A stretch of DNA of 64,000 bases. It comes from Candidatus Anammoxibacter sp. GTDB taxonomy: Bacteria > Planctomycetota > Brocadiia > Brocadiales > Anammoxibacteraceae. The position numbers and the translations under genes were made by a program. Below, piece after piece: positions 34,954 to 44,165 of the stretch. Below the pieces are notes generated by a model, which had not been told where the DNA came from, made no database searches, and saw nothing but the letters and a program-made list of their open reading frames with translations. Positions within the stretch are counted from its first letter, which is position 1. Each line of letters begins with the position of its first letter. The DNA lies in NCBI GenBank assembly GCA_021777105.1, contig JAIQZQ010000001.1, positions 49,067-113,066 on the forward strand, in the 5' to 3' direction.

Positions 34954-34986
34954 AAAACGTTTTGAAGCAGTCGACAAGACTGATCC
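34954..34986 (-). repeat. Hairpin + AAACGTTTT repeat family, copy 3 (reverse orientation)
   Basis: aaaacgttttgaagcagtcgacaagactgatcc. Confidence 0.5.
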
Positions 34987-35073
34987 AGATTTTAATTTTG
35001 TTTTTTCACTTTTAATCAATGTAATCTGTGGTTAATGAGCTTTTCCGGGTTATCCGGGTTAGGAATAATAAAC

Positions 35074-35487
35074 ATGATTAAACTCTATATTAAAAGCAAA
35101 AACTTTATTTTATTGATAGCATTTTTTGCTATAATTGCCGGCTCTAACATAGGGAGCTATGAAGCATCACAGGTTAAAAAGGCTCCCCCAGCCACGCCAA
35201 CGACCACAAACGTAAGCGGGAGGACGTTTATAGGCGATCCTTCCACGGCCAAGTTTGTAATAGGTTGCGAAGGGTGTTCTAATCCCGGGGAATTTTCTTT
35301 CTTAAAAGGCGGCAGTGTATGTTATGCCTTTCCAGGGAGCGATGAAGAGGATTGCGATCAATACACACAGGAAGGGCTTTTAATAACATTTAAAAGAGAG
35401 GCCGCAACGTTTACAGTATCAGAAGATGGGTGGGCAATTCGAGATGAATATGGAACTATATATCGGGATAAAGAATATGGATGTTAG
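35074..35487 (+). CDS. Hypothetical exported protein (Cys-containing)
   Basis: MIKLYIKSKNFILLIAFFAIIAGS looks like a signal or anchor. The track ORF start (35035) lies inside repeat DNA, so ATG at 35074 is preferred. Confidence 0.4.
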   Translation: MIKLYIKSKNFILLIAFFAIIAGSNIGSYEASQVKKAPPATPTTTNVSGRTFIGDPSTAKFVIGCEGCSNPGEFSFLKGGSVCYAFPGSDEEDCDQYTQEGLLITFKREAATFTVSEDGWAIRDEYGTIYRDKEYGC

Positions 35488-35611
35488 TTATAATGTAACG
35501 GATGCTCTTTACCTCTAAAATCAAGAATCGTTAATCCTTATTTTTAAATCGCTTTTAGCCAAAAAGGCCTTTTTAATTGTCATTGGTTTTAAAATGAATC
35601 ATAAAAAGGGT

Positions 35612-35947
35612 GGCTAAAGCCCATAGGTGTTAGGTTAAGATTTAAATATACGCCGCCTGTAAATGATTAAATCGCCCTTTCAGGGCTGATATTGCATATT
35701 ATATTCAAACCCAGGGCGTTGCCCTGGGCTATATTAACCCCGCCCTTTCAGGGCTACCTACGTTTTAACGTATTGATAAAAAAATATACAATTTCAAGCC
35801 CCAACGGTGCGGCTTTAATATAGCCTGGGGCATCGCCCCAGGTATTAAATGTTATTTTAATTTAGCCTTGAAAGGGCGATTTAAGCTCTTACGCTCTGTT
35901 TCTGATGTTTGGAGCTAAAGCTTAACCTAACACCTATGGGCTAAAGC
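35612..35947. repeat. ~335-bp nested imperfect palindrome (MITE-like or structured RNA)
   Basis: Outer arms are agcccataggtgttaggttaag (35618-35639) and cttaacctaacacctatgggct (35921-35942). Middle arms are aaatcgccctttcagggct (35669-35687) and agccttgaaagggcgattt (35864-35882). Inner hairpins are cccagggcgttgccctggg and cctggggcatcgccccagg. Confidence 0.65.
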
Positions 35948-36254
35948 AGTCCCCACCCCGCTATTCAGCGTAAAATTTACACACCCCGTCCGCAATTCAG
36001 CGGCCACGCCTCTTTTTAAAGGGGATTCACGCAATTTCAAACCTTTCACCATGACAATCAGGCAATTTGAGAGGTCAACCGGCTTTGTGTATAAAAATCT
36101 GAACTAAATAAATGCCTTTTTATTCACGAGAATAATAATGATTTTGCCTGTCAAGTGTAGTAAAATCGTGAAATAATAAATGTAGAGGCTACAACTAATT
36201 GCCAATTTAAGGGCACGGAAAGAGATAACTTCAATTTTTCAAACAGGAAACGTC

Positions 36255-36824
36255 ATGGCTCTCAAGGCTGAAAAGATCAAAATAATGATAAGGGAACTGG
36301 AAGAGGTCGCCCTTAAAATCCTTGCGGACCTTGTGGCGTATCAGATTAAAACAGGGCCTTATAACAAAAGCCCGGGCGAAAACTATATAGCCGCCGAGAA
36401 TTCCACCGCCGAATACGTTGCCGAAAACTTTGAGAACATAAAGGAGTTTAAAGAGCACATGGAAAAACAGGGCAAAGGAATTGAAGCTATTCAGGCCCTG
36501 GCAAAGAAGATATACGATAACTACTTTACAGGCCGGATGAATTTTACCGAGGTTAAAAACAAGATTAGCGCTAAAAAAGATATAACTTTAAAGGCCATCA
36601 CGGATATGGTGGCCTACAAGATATCGCAAAGCAGCGATGATAAAGGCCCTGAGATAAACTATCTGGTTGCGGAAACGTTTGTGGCCCAATATATTTCAAA
36701 GAATTTTAAGAATATGGAAGCGTTTAAATCAATGATAAAGACTTTGGACAACAGCATAAAGGGGATTGAAGCTTTCTCTGACCTGATTTACGGCAAATAT
36801 TGCCAGGCTCAAAACGCAAGGTAA
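36255..36824 (+). CDS. Hypothetical protein with an internal ~90-aa duplication
   Basis: DLVAYQIKTGPYNKSPGENYIAAE...NFENIKEFKEHM...GIEAIQALAKKIYDNY versus DMVAYKISQSSDDKGPEINYLVAE...NFKNMEAFKSMI...GIEAFSDLIYGKY. Confidence 0.45.
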   Translation: MALKAEKIKIMIRELEEVALKILADLVAYQIKTGPYNKSPGENYIAAENSTAEYVAENFENIKEFKEHMEKQGKGIEAIQALAKKIYDNYFTGRMNFTEVKNKISAKKDITLKAITDMVAYKISQSSDDKGPEINYLVAETFVAQYISKNFKNMEAFKSMIKTLDNSIKGIEAFSDLIYGKYCQAQNAR

Positions 36825-36919
36825 AAGCCTGGAGCGCGAAACCGCAAAAATAAAAAAATTTCCATACCTTTTACTTTTTACATACTAATCAGGGTTAGAC
36901 GAGTTAGGCTGGAAGCATC

Positions 36920-38326
36920 ATGAAACTGCTATTTGTCCATATAAAAGGGAGCAAAAAGGGACATTCCGAAGTGTTCGATAAGGAGAAGATCGCAATCGGG
37001 TCCGACCCTTCATGCTGCGTAATATTTGACAAGGGCGAGGAGGCTCAAGTGGAGCCTTTTCACGCCGAGGTCAGTTGCGAGGACGGCAAATATAATATAC
37101 GCAACCTCTCCGCCGGGCATAACACATATGTAAACAACGAGCCTGTTGAAAGCATAGCGCTAAACGACGGAGACGTTGTTGTTTTCGGCGAAAACGGGCC
37201 GGAAGTATGCGTGAGGTTTTCCGACTCTAAAAAATTGCCGGCATCTCTAAAAGTCGTCGCCGGCATGCTTGACTCTATGGAGGTTTCCAATGAAACAACG
37301 GAAAAACTAAAAGAAGAGGTCATGGAGATAAAACATTCCAGACCCGAAGCGCCTATTGATATAAACCTCTTTAAATACCTTGTTTGGCTTCCATTTAAAC
37401 AATCATCAAAAAAGGTCAAGTTTTATGTAGCCCTGTCAACCATTCTAATAATAAGCGTATTGTCATTGGCGGGATATTTCTATTTCTTTGAACTGAAAAA
37501 GACTACCAAAAGGGTCTTAAAACTTGAGACGCAGCAGACCGTTACTGAAGATTTCATTGAAACATACCGAAAAAGCGTCTGTTTTATCCAGGGAAGTTAC
37601 TACCTTGCCAGCAAAAAGACGGGCAATCCATTAAGGACGGGCAGAGACGGCAAACCTTTTATGCGCGATTTTACCGGATCCGGATTCCTATCTGATAAAA
37701 CAGGCATAATTATAACGAACAGGCATGTGGCCGACCCTGTCTGGCAAGCCGGCGCGCATCTATACAACAAGGAAAGCGGGCGGGACGGCCCCGGCGTGGA
37801 GGCAAGGTTTGCGGAGTTAAGAGCTTTTTTCCCGGGGATAAAAGGACCGTTTCCGCTTGAAATTGTAAAAATGTCGAAACACGCTGATATAGCTGTTTTA
37901 AAAATAAAATCCGGTTCCGTAACATTGCCGCCGTTTAACTTTGACCGGTCCGGCAAAGAGGCGAGAATTGGCGAGCCGGTTATACTTTTGGGCTATCCCG
38001 CCGGTATAAACGCCATTTTCGGCAAAAGCGATCAGGAAACCATAAACGAGCTGATTAAACTCCCGGTTTTGGAAATAGCCGAAGAGCTTTCAAACCGCAA
38101 TCTGATAACGCCTATCATAACCCAGGGGCACATTACCGACATCTCGCCGGGCAAGATCATATACGACGCTCAAACCACTTTCGGCGGAAGCGGCGGCCCG
38201 CTAATTAACTCAAAAGGCGAGGTTATAGGAATAAATTACGGAATCCTCAGAGAATTTAAAGGCTCCAATTTCGCCGTGCCCATTAAATACGGCATAGAGC
38301 TTTTGGATGAAAGCGCGGAGCGCTAG
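36920..38326 (+). CDS. FHA domain - TM helix - trypsin-like (S1/DegP-type) serine protease
   Basis: FHA: IAIGSDPSC...FHAEV...RNLSAGHNTYVNNEPV. TM: FYVALSTILIISVLSLAGYFYFF. Protease triad context: TNRHVA, DIAVLKI, GGSGGPLIN. Confidence 0.8.
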   Translation: MKLLFVHIKGSKKGHSEVFDKEKIAIGSDPSCCVIFDKGEEAQVEPFHAEVSCEDGKYNIRNLSAGHNTYVNNEPVESIALNDGDVVVFGENGPEVCVRFSDSKKLPASLKVVAGMLDSMEVSNETTEKLKEEVMEIKHSRPEAPIDINLFKYLVWLPFKQSSKKVKFYVALSTILIISVLSLAGYFYFFELKKTTKRVLKLETQQTVTEDFIETYRKSVCFIQGSYYLASKKTGNPLRTGRDGKPFMRDFTGSGFLSDKTGIIITNRHVADPVWQAGAHLYNKESGRDGPGVEARFAELRAFFPGIKGPFPLEIVKMSKHADIAVLKIKSGSVTLPPFNFDRSGKEARIGEPVILLGYPAGINAIFGKSDQETINELIKLPVLEIAEELSNRNLITPIITQGHITDISPGKIIYDAQTTFGGSGGPLINSKGEVIGINYGILREFKGSNFAVPIKYGIELLDESAER

Positions 38327-38612
38327 ACGCGAAGAAATCGGAGCGCAGGGCGCGAAGTAATGCTTCTGATTTTCGCAAACTGAATACTAGTTACTGATTA
38401 CTTGCAAACTGCAAATTGCAAACCGGCATTATCACACTTCCCCCCCCATGCTGTTCCGTTTGCGTACAACTCTCTGCCAAATTTAAACCCGCCGTTTTCA
38501 TCCTCCACTGCCCAGGCTAGCGCGTAGCGCAGAAAGCGAAGAGCAAAAGCGAAAAGGTGGAAATATGAACGTAAATAAACCGTCTATTTCAAAATCAAAA
38601 TCATATCAGTAA

Positions 38613-38846
38613 AATGGACAATTTTGGGATGACCATGATATAAGTGAAATGTGGGAACAAACCGAGAATATGGATTTTAGTGTAGATATTCAGTCCAAGA
38701 CGCGGTATTACCCTATAGACATAAGCCCTCTATTAAAGTTGCAGAGATTGCAAAAAAAACGAGGCATAAGCGCTGATGCATTAAATTTGTGGATGCATGA
38801 AAACAGAGATCAATTTAGCATTGACCAGAAGTCTTGGAAGTCTTAG
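38613..38846 (+). pseudogene. BrnA/CopG-like antitoxin remnant (N-terminally disrupted)
   Basis: ...FWDDHDISEMWEQTE...ISPLLKLQRLQKKRGISADALNLWMHE resembles the BrnA-type FWDTHD...lik.wl consensus. An in-frame TAA lies at 38610 and the upstream ATG (38564) is out of frame. No toxin partner was seen. Confidence 0.35.
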
Positions 38847-38928
38847 TAAAGGTTGTCAAATATGATCCCCCCTCAATTTCCATTGTTTTTCGTGTCATCA
38901 GCGTTCCATGCTTTTTCGTGTTTTCAAC

Positions 38929-39561
38929 CTATTCATAACTAATGCCGGGATAAAGTATTGTCATGCAGTCTGGGCATATGCTGTGTGTGAAATCGGCTTC
39001 TGAACGCTCGCTGATGTATGTCTCAATAGGCGCCCAGGATTCCCGTTGTTTTGGATCGCAGTCCTTTGACCGTATTTTTTTGCAGTTTGCGCAAATAGGG
39101 AGCAGGCCTTTTAGCGTCTTTATCTCATTTAACGCGGTTTGCAGTTCGCTGTTAAGCTGTTTTTGCCTGTTTAGATTGTCCTTGAGCTTTAAATGGGTTT
39201 CGATTCTGGCTTTTAAAAGAGAGGGCGATAATGGTTTTGTAATGTAGTCAACCGCGCCAAGGGCGAGCCCTTTTTTCTCGTCGTCTACTTCATCCATAGC
39301 GGTAACAAATATTATGGGGATGTCCGTTGCAGGCTCATGGGCCTTTATTCTTTGGCAAACCTCGTAACCATCCATATCAGGCATCATTATATCAAGCAAA
39401 ACAAGGTCAGGCGGGTTTTCAGACATTACCCTTTTAAGGGCCTGTTCGCCGTTTTTAGCGACTACGGTTTTGTAATCGCCTTTTAACAAATCAACAAGCA
39501 CGTTTATGTTTAAGGCTTCGTCATCAACTATTAATATTTTTTGTTTGTCGTCGGTTGTCAT
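38929..39561 (-). CDS. Response regulator (REC) with a C-terminal Cys4 domain
   Basis: REC: ILIVDDEALN...LVLLDIMMPDMDGYEV...TAMDE...KP. Tail: LKGLLPICANCKKIR...W..IETYISERSEADFTHSICPDC. Confidence 0.85.
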   Translation of the reverse strand: MTTDDKQKILIVDDEALNINVLVDLLKGDYKTVVAKNGEQALKRVMSENPPDLVLLDIMMPDMDGYEVCQRIKAHEPATDIPIIFVTAMDEVDDEKKGLALGAVDYITKPLSPSLLKARIETHLKLKDNLNRQKQLNSELQTALNEIKTLKGLLPICANCKKIRSKDCDPKQRESWAPIETYISERSEADFTHSICPDCMTILYPGISYE

Positions 39562-39847
39562 TTTTTAACTCCTCAACGATTGTAACTATTCAGCGTGATT
39601 ATTGCACAATGCCTGGCTTACATTGACAAATATGCATTAATCATCAATGTAAGCCTGGAGTGGATGGAGTAATGGAATGTTGACAATAAATGAAATACGA
39701 TTGTCATCGCCCCAGTACTCCAAAGCTCCAATACTCCACGCTGCCCATTGCGCCTTATTGATATTTAAAATTATTTTCGTACTTTATGTTCAAACATGCT
39801 GAATAGTTACCAACGATTAATAAATAATTTGCGCGGTTTTTATATGA

Positions 39848-39870
39848 TCACAGGCAAGGATGCCTGTGCC
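39848..39870. repeat. cacaggca-agga-tgcctgtg hairpin repeat
   Basis: 8-bp stem. Two more copies form an inverted pair at 52353-52406. Confidence 0.5.
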
Positions 39871-39892
39871 ACTGATTTCTAATTTCTAATTT

Positions 39893-40537
39893 TTACTTCC
39901 CGGCTCGTTCCGGTAATTTTACTCCAGGGTATAGCCTGCCGGCGCAGGCGGGGCATACGCTGTGTGTAAACTTTGTGTCTGAATGATCGCTGATATACGT
40001 CTCTATTGATGTCCATGATTTTTGATCACGGGGATCGCCTTCCTGCGATCTTATTTTTTTGCAACTTGCGCAGATGGGGAGAAGGCCCTTTAACGTCTTG
40101 ATCTCGTTTAACGCGGTTTGCAACTCATTGTTTAGCTCTTTTTGTTCGCACAGATTATCCTTTAGTTTCAGGTGCGTCCGGATTCTGGCTTTTACAACAG
40201 GGGGTGAAAATGGTTTTGTGATAAAATCGACCCCTCCGATCTCAAATCCTTTTGTTTCGTCTTCAACTTTATTAAGGGCAGTGACAAATATGACAGGTAT
40301 ATCCGCCGTGGCGCTATCAGCCTTTAATTGCCTGCAAACTTCAATGCCGTCCATAACCGGCATGAGGATGTCCAGCAATATAATGTCCGGCGGCGTTTCG
40401 GCCCGGGCTCTTTTCAAAGCCTGTTCTCCGCTTTTGGCGACAATCAACTTATAATTATCCCCAAGCAAAACCGCCAGCAGATCAATGCTTGTGGGGTCGT
40501 CGTCAACCACAAGAACTCTTGGTTTGTTATTTGTCAT
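39893..40537 (-). CDS. Response regulator (REC) with a C-terminal Cys4 domain, paralog of 38929-39561
   Basis: Same architecture. The tail LKGLLPICASCKKIRSQEGDP..WTSIETYISDHSDTKFTHSVCPAC is nearly identical to its neighbour. Confidence 0.85.
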   Translation of the reverse strand: MTNNKPRVLVVDDDPTSIDLLAVLLGDNYKLIVAKSGEQALKRARAETPPDIILLDILMPVMDGIEVCRQLKADSATADIPVIFVTALNKVEDETKGFEIGGVDFITKPFSPPVVKARIRTHLKLKDNLCEQKELNNELQTALNEIKTLKGLLPICASCKKIRSQEGDPRDQKSWTSIETYISDHSDTKFTHSVCPACAGRLYPGVKLPERAGK

Positions 40538-40605
40538 TTTGTTAAGCCTTTCGGTTTATAGTCAAATGGCTAAAAATAAATTTATATCTATATTGGGCGT
40601 TTTTT

Positions 40606-40654
40606 TCACCCTCCCCTAACCCCTCCCATCAAGGGAAGGGGAATAATAGGTATA
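40606..40654 (-). repeat. G/C-tract repeat family (cccctcccatcaaggg core), copy 1
   Basis: tcaccctcccctaacccctcccatcaagggaaggggaataataggtata. Relatives at 45340-45408, 45484-45539 and 63121-63188. Confidence 0.6.
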
Positions 40655-40668
40655 ATGTTTTTGTTGGT

Positions 40669-43600
40669 TTATTTTTTATCAACCCCTAAAGTCGCAAAGA
40701 TTCCAGGCATAGCCTCAACTGCTTCGTCAAAATCGTAATCTTCAATTTTGCGTTTTATAAACTCCATTGTTTCATATAATTTAGAGCCGGCAAGCTCATT
40801 CATAATTAATGACGTCTGTTCAATGGCGTCTGAATCGCCGTCCCGAAGCATAGCTTCCAGTTTGACAAAAAGAGGCTCAAGTTTTTTAACATTAACGGCG
40901 TTAACCGAGGCGGGTTTATTTGGAGACTCTTTTTTCATTGCGTCTTCGGCGGCCTTTGTCTCATTTATAGATTTAACAACAGGATCAATCTCGTTTTGAA
41001 AACCTTTAATGTATTTTTCGTAGTTTTCAGCGTCCCTCTTTTTTATGCACGATTCCAGATTAGAGGCTGCAATATAGACCTTGTCGGCTCCTATAGTTCC
41101 GGCGACTCCTTTAATTGTATGCGCCAGCATTTGGGCTTTTTCAGTGTCATTGTTTTTTAAAGCGGTTTTTATCCTGTCGGGCGAGCCTTCAAAGTCTCTT
41201 CCAAACGTGACGGTTATTTTCTTGTAGAGTTTTACATTGCCCATTAACCTTTTAATGCCGTGTTCCGTATCAATGCCCTTAATGCTTTGCAAAAACGTTT
41301 TTTCACAGCCTGACGCCGCGCCGGTTTCTGTTGGGGCGGGCATTGCCGCCGGTTCGTTTTTTGACCATGTTTTTAGAGCTTCGTATAGTTTGTTTGGATT
41401 GATTGGTTTGGATATATAGTCGTCCATGCCGGCGTCAAGGCATTTTTGTTTATCGCCCGTCATTGCGTTGGCGGTCATGGCAATAATAGGGAGATTTTTA
41501 AACCGCTCTTCCTCTCTAATAAGTTTGGTTGCCTGGTAACCGTCCATCTCCTGCATCTGAATATCCATAAACACCATATCAAAATCATGGTTCGCCACGC
41601 TGTCCAACGCCTCCTTGCCGGTGCTTGCGGTTGACACCTCTACCCCATAACTCTCAAGCAGTTCGCGGGCAACCTGTTGATTTATTGAGTTGTCTTCAAC
41701 GAGCAGGACGTGGGAACCGGAAACATTGGCAAAAGTTGCCTTCTCTTTTTCAATGGATTTCTTTTTATCATTAACAATATATGCATGCCCCAATGCGGTG
41801 AAAATGTTGTCTAAAAGCCTGGACGAATTGACGGGTTTGGCCAAAAAACCGTCAACCACATCTCGCGCGTCTTCGTTTGAGGCAAAATCGGCGCCGTATG
41901 CCGTTACCATGATTATTGAAGGTATGTGCGACAATTTAGTGTTCTCTTTAATAATCTTGGCGGTTTCTATGCCTGTAAGGCCGGGCATCTTCCAATCCAT
42001 AAGGACAATGTTATATGGATTAACCGCGTTAGGGCCGTTGTTTTGTTCAATCTCTTTTAACGCCTTTTCGCCTGAATTTACAGGCACGGCGGAGAGGGAC
42101 AGCGACTCCAGCGTTTTCGTCATAAACTCGCGAGCGGTATTGCTGTCATCCACAACCAGCGCCTTTACATCGCGCGGCTCTGGAAACAGGTCAAAGATCG
42201 TCCTGTGCGTTGCTTTGCGATACCCAAATTCCGCGGTAAATATAAAAGAGCTACCTTTGCCGGGCTCGCTTTCAACCCAAATGTCGCCGTTCATCAACTC
42301 TACCAATCTTTTACATATGGCAAGCCCAAGGCCGGTGCCGCCGTACTTTCTGGTAGTTGAGGCGTCGGCTTGCTCAAAGGGGCGAAACAGTCCCTCTGAC
42401 TGCTCTTTGTTAAGGCCGATGCCCGTGTCTTTAACTGAAAATTTAAGGCGCGCGGCTCCGGATGCTTTATCGTCAAGTTCGGTGACGATAACTACCTCGC
42501 CTTTTTCAGTAAATTTAAGGGCGTTGCTCACAAGGTTTATAAGCACCTGGCCTAAACGCAACTGGTCGCCGACTAAAGCGTTGGGGCACTCAATTGAAGT
42601 AAAGAACAGAAACTCAACGCCTTTGTCTTCCGCCTTTTTGCCGAACATGCCGGTTAAATTATCAAGAACGTCATCAAGGAAGAATTCCGTATTCTCAATA
42701 TTCAGCTTGCCGGCCTCAATTTTTGAGAAATCAAGGATGTCGTTTATAATCACAAGCAAAGACTGGCATGATGAGTTGATCTTGTTTAAATAGTCCTTTT
42801 GCTTATCGTTTAACCCGGTCTGAAGGGCGAGGTGTGTTAGGCCTAAAATAGCGTTCATCGGCGTCCGTATCTCATGGCTCATATTGGCCAGGAAATTGCT
42901 TTTGAATTCGTTCGCTTTAACTGCCTGCTCCTTAGCTATCACAAGCTCTTGTTCAGTCTTTTTTCTCTCTGTAATATCGCGTATCACGCCGACGCTGCCA
43001 AGGAATTTAGAGTCTTCATTCTTTTCATTTACTTCATACATGCCGGCGCTGTTAACTTCGGCGGGCAAAAGCTTGCCGTTTTCAGAGGCATTATCGCATT
43101 CATCCGTGGCTTCAGGGGCTTTATGCCTGATCATGACTTCCAGCCCTTCTGTTTTACGCTCACCGCTTCTGCGCTCATCGAATAGTTTCAGGAAATCGTC
43201 ATCAGCGCTCTTTTGGTTTTTAAAAGCAGGCAACGCGGTGTTCAGGCTTACTTTATCAACCTGCGCGGGAGAGAGGATTGAGCTGAAATGTTTATCTATC
43301 AAATCTTCCGGTTTGTACCCGAAATGTGAAACGCTGTGATTCAGGAACAGGAAATTGCCGTTTTCATCAACATGGTAAATAATGTCAGGCACGGTTTGAA
43401 CCAATGTCTGAAATTTTAGCTGCGACGCCTTGAACTGTTTAGCCAGTTGCTCAAGGTCGGCGTTGGATTTGACAAGCGCGTTCTGCATCTCCAGCATTGA
43501 CTTGTTTTTTCTGATGGCGTTTTCATAAATCGACAACAAAAAGTTTAGAATTTGCCTGGCGTTTGAGTTTAGGAGATATGTCTCATTGTCCAGACTCAAT

Positions 43601-44004
43601 TTCATGGAATCTCCGTCTGATTGGGGCGTGTCGCCGGTTGACTCTGAAAGCGTTTTAGATACCGTGTGGAGTATTTCGTCCTCGGTAAAAGGCTTGATGA
43701 TGTAGTTGTCGGCTTGGCAGCCGAGCCCGACAACTATGTCTTTTAATTCTGCAAGATCGGATAGCAGGATAACCGGGATATGGCCGTATTCAGGAGAGTT
43801 CTTTAGTTTTGCGCACATCTCGTAGCCGCCCATCTCAGGCATGTGTATATCTGTTATTACCAGAGCGGGCTCTTTTTCGTAAACAACATTAAGCCCCTCC
43901 TTGCCGTCGTGGGCAACCAGCACAACGTGTCCCGCGCGTTCCAGAATGTCTTTTATATAAAATTGCTGAGTTCTGCTGTCTTCGGCTACAAGTATTGTTG
44001 ACAT
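40669..44004 (-). CDS. Hybrid sensor histidine kinase (REC-PAS-HisKA-HATPase-REC-REC-HPt)
   Basis: H-box MSHEIRTPMNAILG, G-box GTGLGLAICKRL, three receiver domains (DIHMPEMGG, MDWKMPGLTG, MDIQMQEMDG), HPt AHTIKGVAGTIGA. Confidence 0.9.
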   Translation of the reverse strand: MSTILVAEDSRTQQFYIKDILERAGHVVLVAHDGKEGLNVVYEKEPALVITDIHMPEMGGYEMCAKLKNSPEYGHIPVILLSDLAELKDIVVGLGCQADNYIIKPFTEDEILHTVSKTLSESTGDTPQSDGDSMKLSLDNETYLLNSNARQILNFLLSIYENAIRKNKSMLEMQNALVKSNADLEQLAKQFKASQLKFQTLVQTVPDIIYHVDENGNFLFLNHSVSHFGYKPEDLIDKHFSSILSPAQVDKVSLNTALPAFKNQKSADDDFLKLFDERRSGERKTEGLEVMIRHKAPEATDECDNASENGKLLPAEVNSAGMYEVNEKNEDSKFLGSVGVIRDITERKKTEQELVIAKEQAVKANEFKSNFLANMSHEIRTPMNAILGLTHLALQTGLNDKQKDYLNKINSSCQSLLVIINDILDFSKIEAGKLNIENTEFFLDDVLDNLTGMFGKKAEDKGVEFLFFTSIECPNALVGDQLRLGQVLINLVSNALKFTEKGEVVIVTELDDKASGAARLKFSVKDTGIGLNKEQSEGLFRPFEQADASTTRKYGGTGLGLAICKRLVELMNGDIWVESEPGKGSSFIFTAEFGYRKATHRTIFDLFPEPRDVKALVVDDSNTAREFMTKTLESLSLSAVPVNSGEKALKEIEQNNGPNAVNPYNIVLMDWKMPGLTGIETAKIIKENTKLSHIPSIIMVTAYGADFASNEDARDVVDGFLAKPVNSSRLLDNIFTALGHAYIVNDKKKSIEKEKATFANVSGSHVLLVEDNSINQQVARELLESYGVEVSTASTGKEALDSVANHDFDMVFMDIQMQEMDGYQATKLIREEERFKNLPIIAMTANAMTGDKQKCLDAGMDDYISKPINPNKLYEALKTWSKNEPAAMPAPTETGAASGCEKTFLQSIKGIDTEHGIKRLMGNVKLYKKITVTFGRDFEGSPDRIKTALKNNDTEKAQMLAHTIKGVAGTIGADKVYIAASNLESCIKKRDAENYEKYIKGFQNEIDPVVKSINETKAAEDAMKKESPNKPASVNAVNVKKLEPLFVKLEAMLRDGDSDAIEQTSLIMNELAGSKLYETMEFIKRKIEDYDFDEAVEAMPGIFATLGVDKK

Positions 44005-44165
44005 TTTGTTTTTGAGTTAAATTTAACGACTTTAAAAAGTGAGACTAAAGTCTCTCCAACCCGCCGGACTCGAAGCTGGTGGTGGGCCGGCTGCAAAATG
44101 TAAATATCTCCTTCAACCGTCATGGCGCGAGGACACGCCTACATCACAGGCGCGTATTGTCGCCG

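Noticed and set aside
41690-42793. 367-aa plus-strand ORF
   Set aside because: It lies entirely antisense to the well-supported hybrid histidine kinase (40669-44004, minus). It has a low-complexity Ser/Ala/Leu-rich composition and no motifs, so it is a shadow ORF. The same reasoning applies to 40748-40999, 41237-41634 and 42874-43339.
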